Positions 63,845 through 64,000 of a stretch of DNA of 64,000 nt are shown in pieces. The DNA is taken from positions 1,695 to 65,694 of the forward strand of contig PBZE01000037.1 of NCBI GenBank assembly GCA_002730095.1, written 5' to 3'. How positions within the stretch are numbered: position 1 is the stretch's first letter; each line of letters opens with the position of its first letter. The notes beneath the pieces were generated by a model, which was not told the DNA's origin, ran no database searches, and worked only from the letters and a program-made list of their open reading frames with translations. Source of the DNA: Methanobacteriota archaeon. Its GTDB lineage: Archaea > Thermoplasmatota > Poseidoniia > Poseidoniales > Thalassarchaeaceae. The position numbers and the translations under genes were made by a program.

Positions 63845-64000
63845 CTAGAAATCGAAGTGCTGACGAATCTTTCTCGCCATCGAAGTTCCTATGCCATCCA
63901 CCGCCTTCAATTCCTCGATACTCGCATGCTCAATTCCCCTGCTGCCTCCAAAATGTCTGAGTAAGGACTGAATCTTCTTCGCCCCTAGCCCATCAATCTC
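63845..64000 (-). CDS. uvrC: excinuclease ABC subunit C, C-terminal (HhH)2 domain only; the 5' part is outside the window
   Basis: My translation of the minus strand gives EIDGLGAKKIQSLLRHFGGSRGIEHASIEELKAVDGIGTSMARKIRQHFDF followed by TAG at 63845-63847. This is the typical UvrC C-terminal helix-hairpin-helix pair. It is not in the ORF track because it is truncated by the window edge. Confidence 0.7.
   Translation of the reverse strand, partial: EIDGLGAKKIQSLLRHFGGSRGIEHASIEELKAVDGIGTSMARKIRQHFDF

Noticed and set aside
1-64000. Scan for CRISPR arrays, IS/transposase or integrase genes, rRNA genes and prophage-like blocks
   Set aside because: I saw no regularly spaced direct repeats, no transposase, integrase or Cas-like motifs in any ORF, and no rRNA-like sequence. 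The only RNA gene I can support is tRNA-Ile.

Overview
This is a 64-kb archaeal chromosomal segment that is almost fully coding. I call about 52 protein genes and one tRNA, and I saw no rRNA, CRISPR array or recognisable mobile element. Archaeal hallmarks are the L7Ae-S28e-L24e operon, deoxyhypusine synthase, archaeal-type S2, the Taw1/Taw2 wyosine genes and a long FKBP. These sit beside bacterial-looking genes: UvrB, UvrC, Orn, MaeB, an AlkB-like hydroxylase and a MacB-type ABC system. Acidic proteins, intermediate GC and several very large membrane-anchored surface proteins suggest a marine planktonic euryarchaeote of the Marine Group II (Poseidoniales) type; this is inference and I cannot verify it here. 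Housekeeping blocks are pabC-pabB/A, maeB, ribosomal proteins, prs, tRNA-Ile, ubiD-ubiA-uvrB-dys, geranylgeranyl reductase-ccmF, FKBP, S2, dus, a fadB-like fusion, guaB-msrA-alkB, an MFS transporter and orn. Five things deserve a second look. (1) 38.1-42.4 kb holds a translationally coupled three-gene surface module: two paralogous exoproteins with an N-terminal Cys-x(1,3)-Cys-His-Gly / Reeler-like domain plus a polytopic membrane protein, and an orphan CcmF lies 8 kb upstream. (2) 44.9-50.2 kb holds an ATPase / 1190-aa DUF805::double-FtsX permease / ATPase-zinc-ribbon operon. (3) Four anchored surface proteins, including one of 2906 aa, occupy about a quarter of the window. (4) Two genes are missing from the supplied ORF track: an edge-truncated PabB-PabA fusion and a 58-aa Hc1-like histone H1-like protein. 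(5) Orn, AlkB-like and JAMM genes sit in unusual contexts. All functional calls rest on motif recognition by eye, and no database search was possible.
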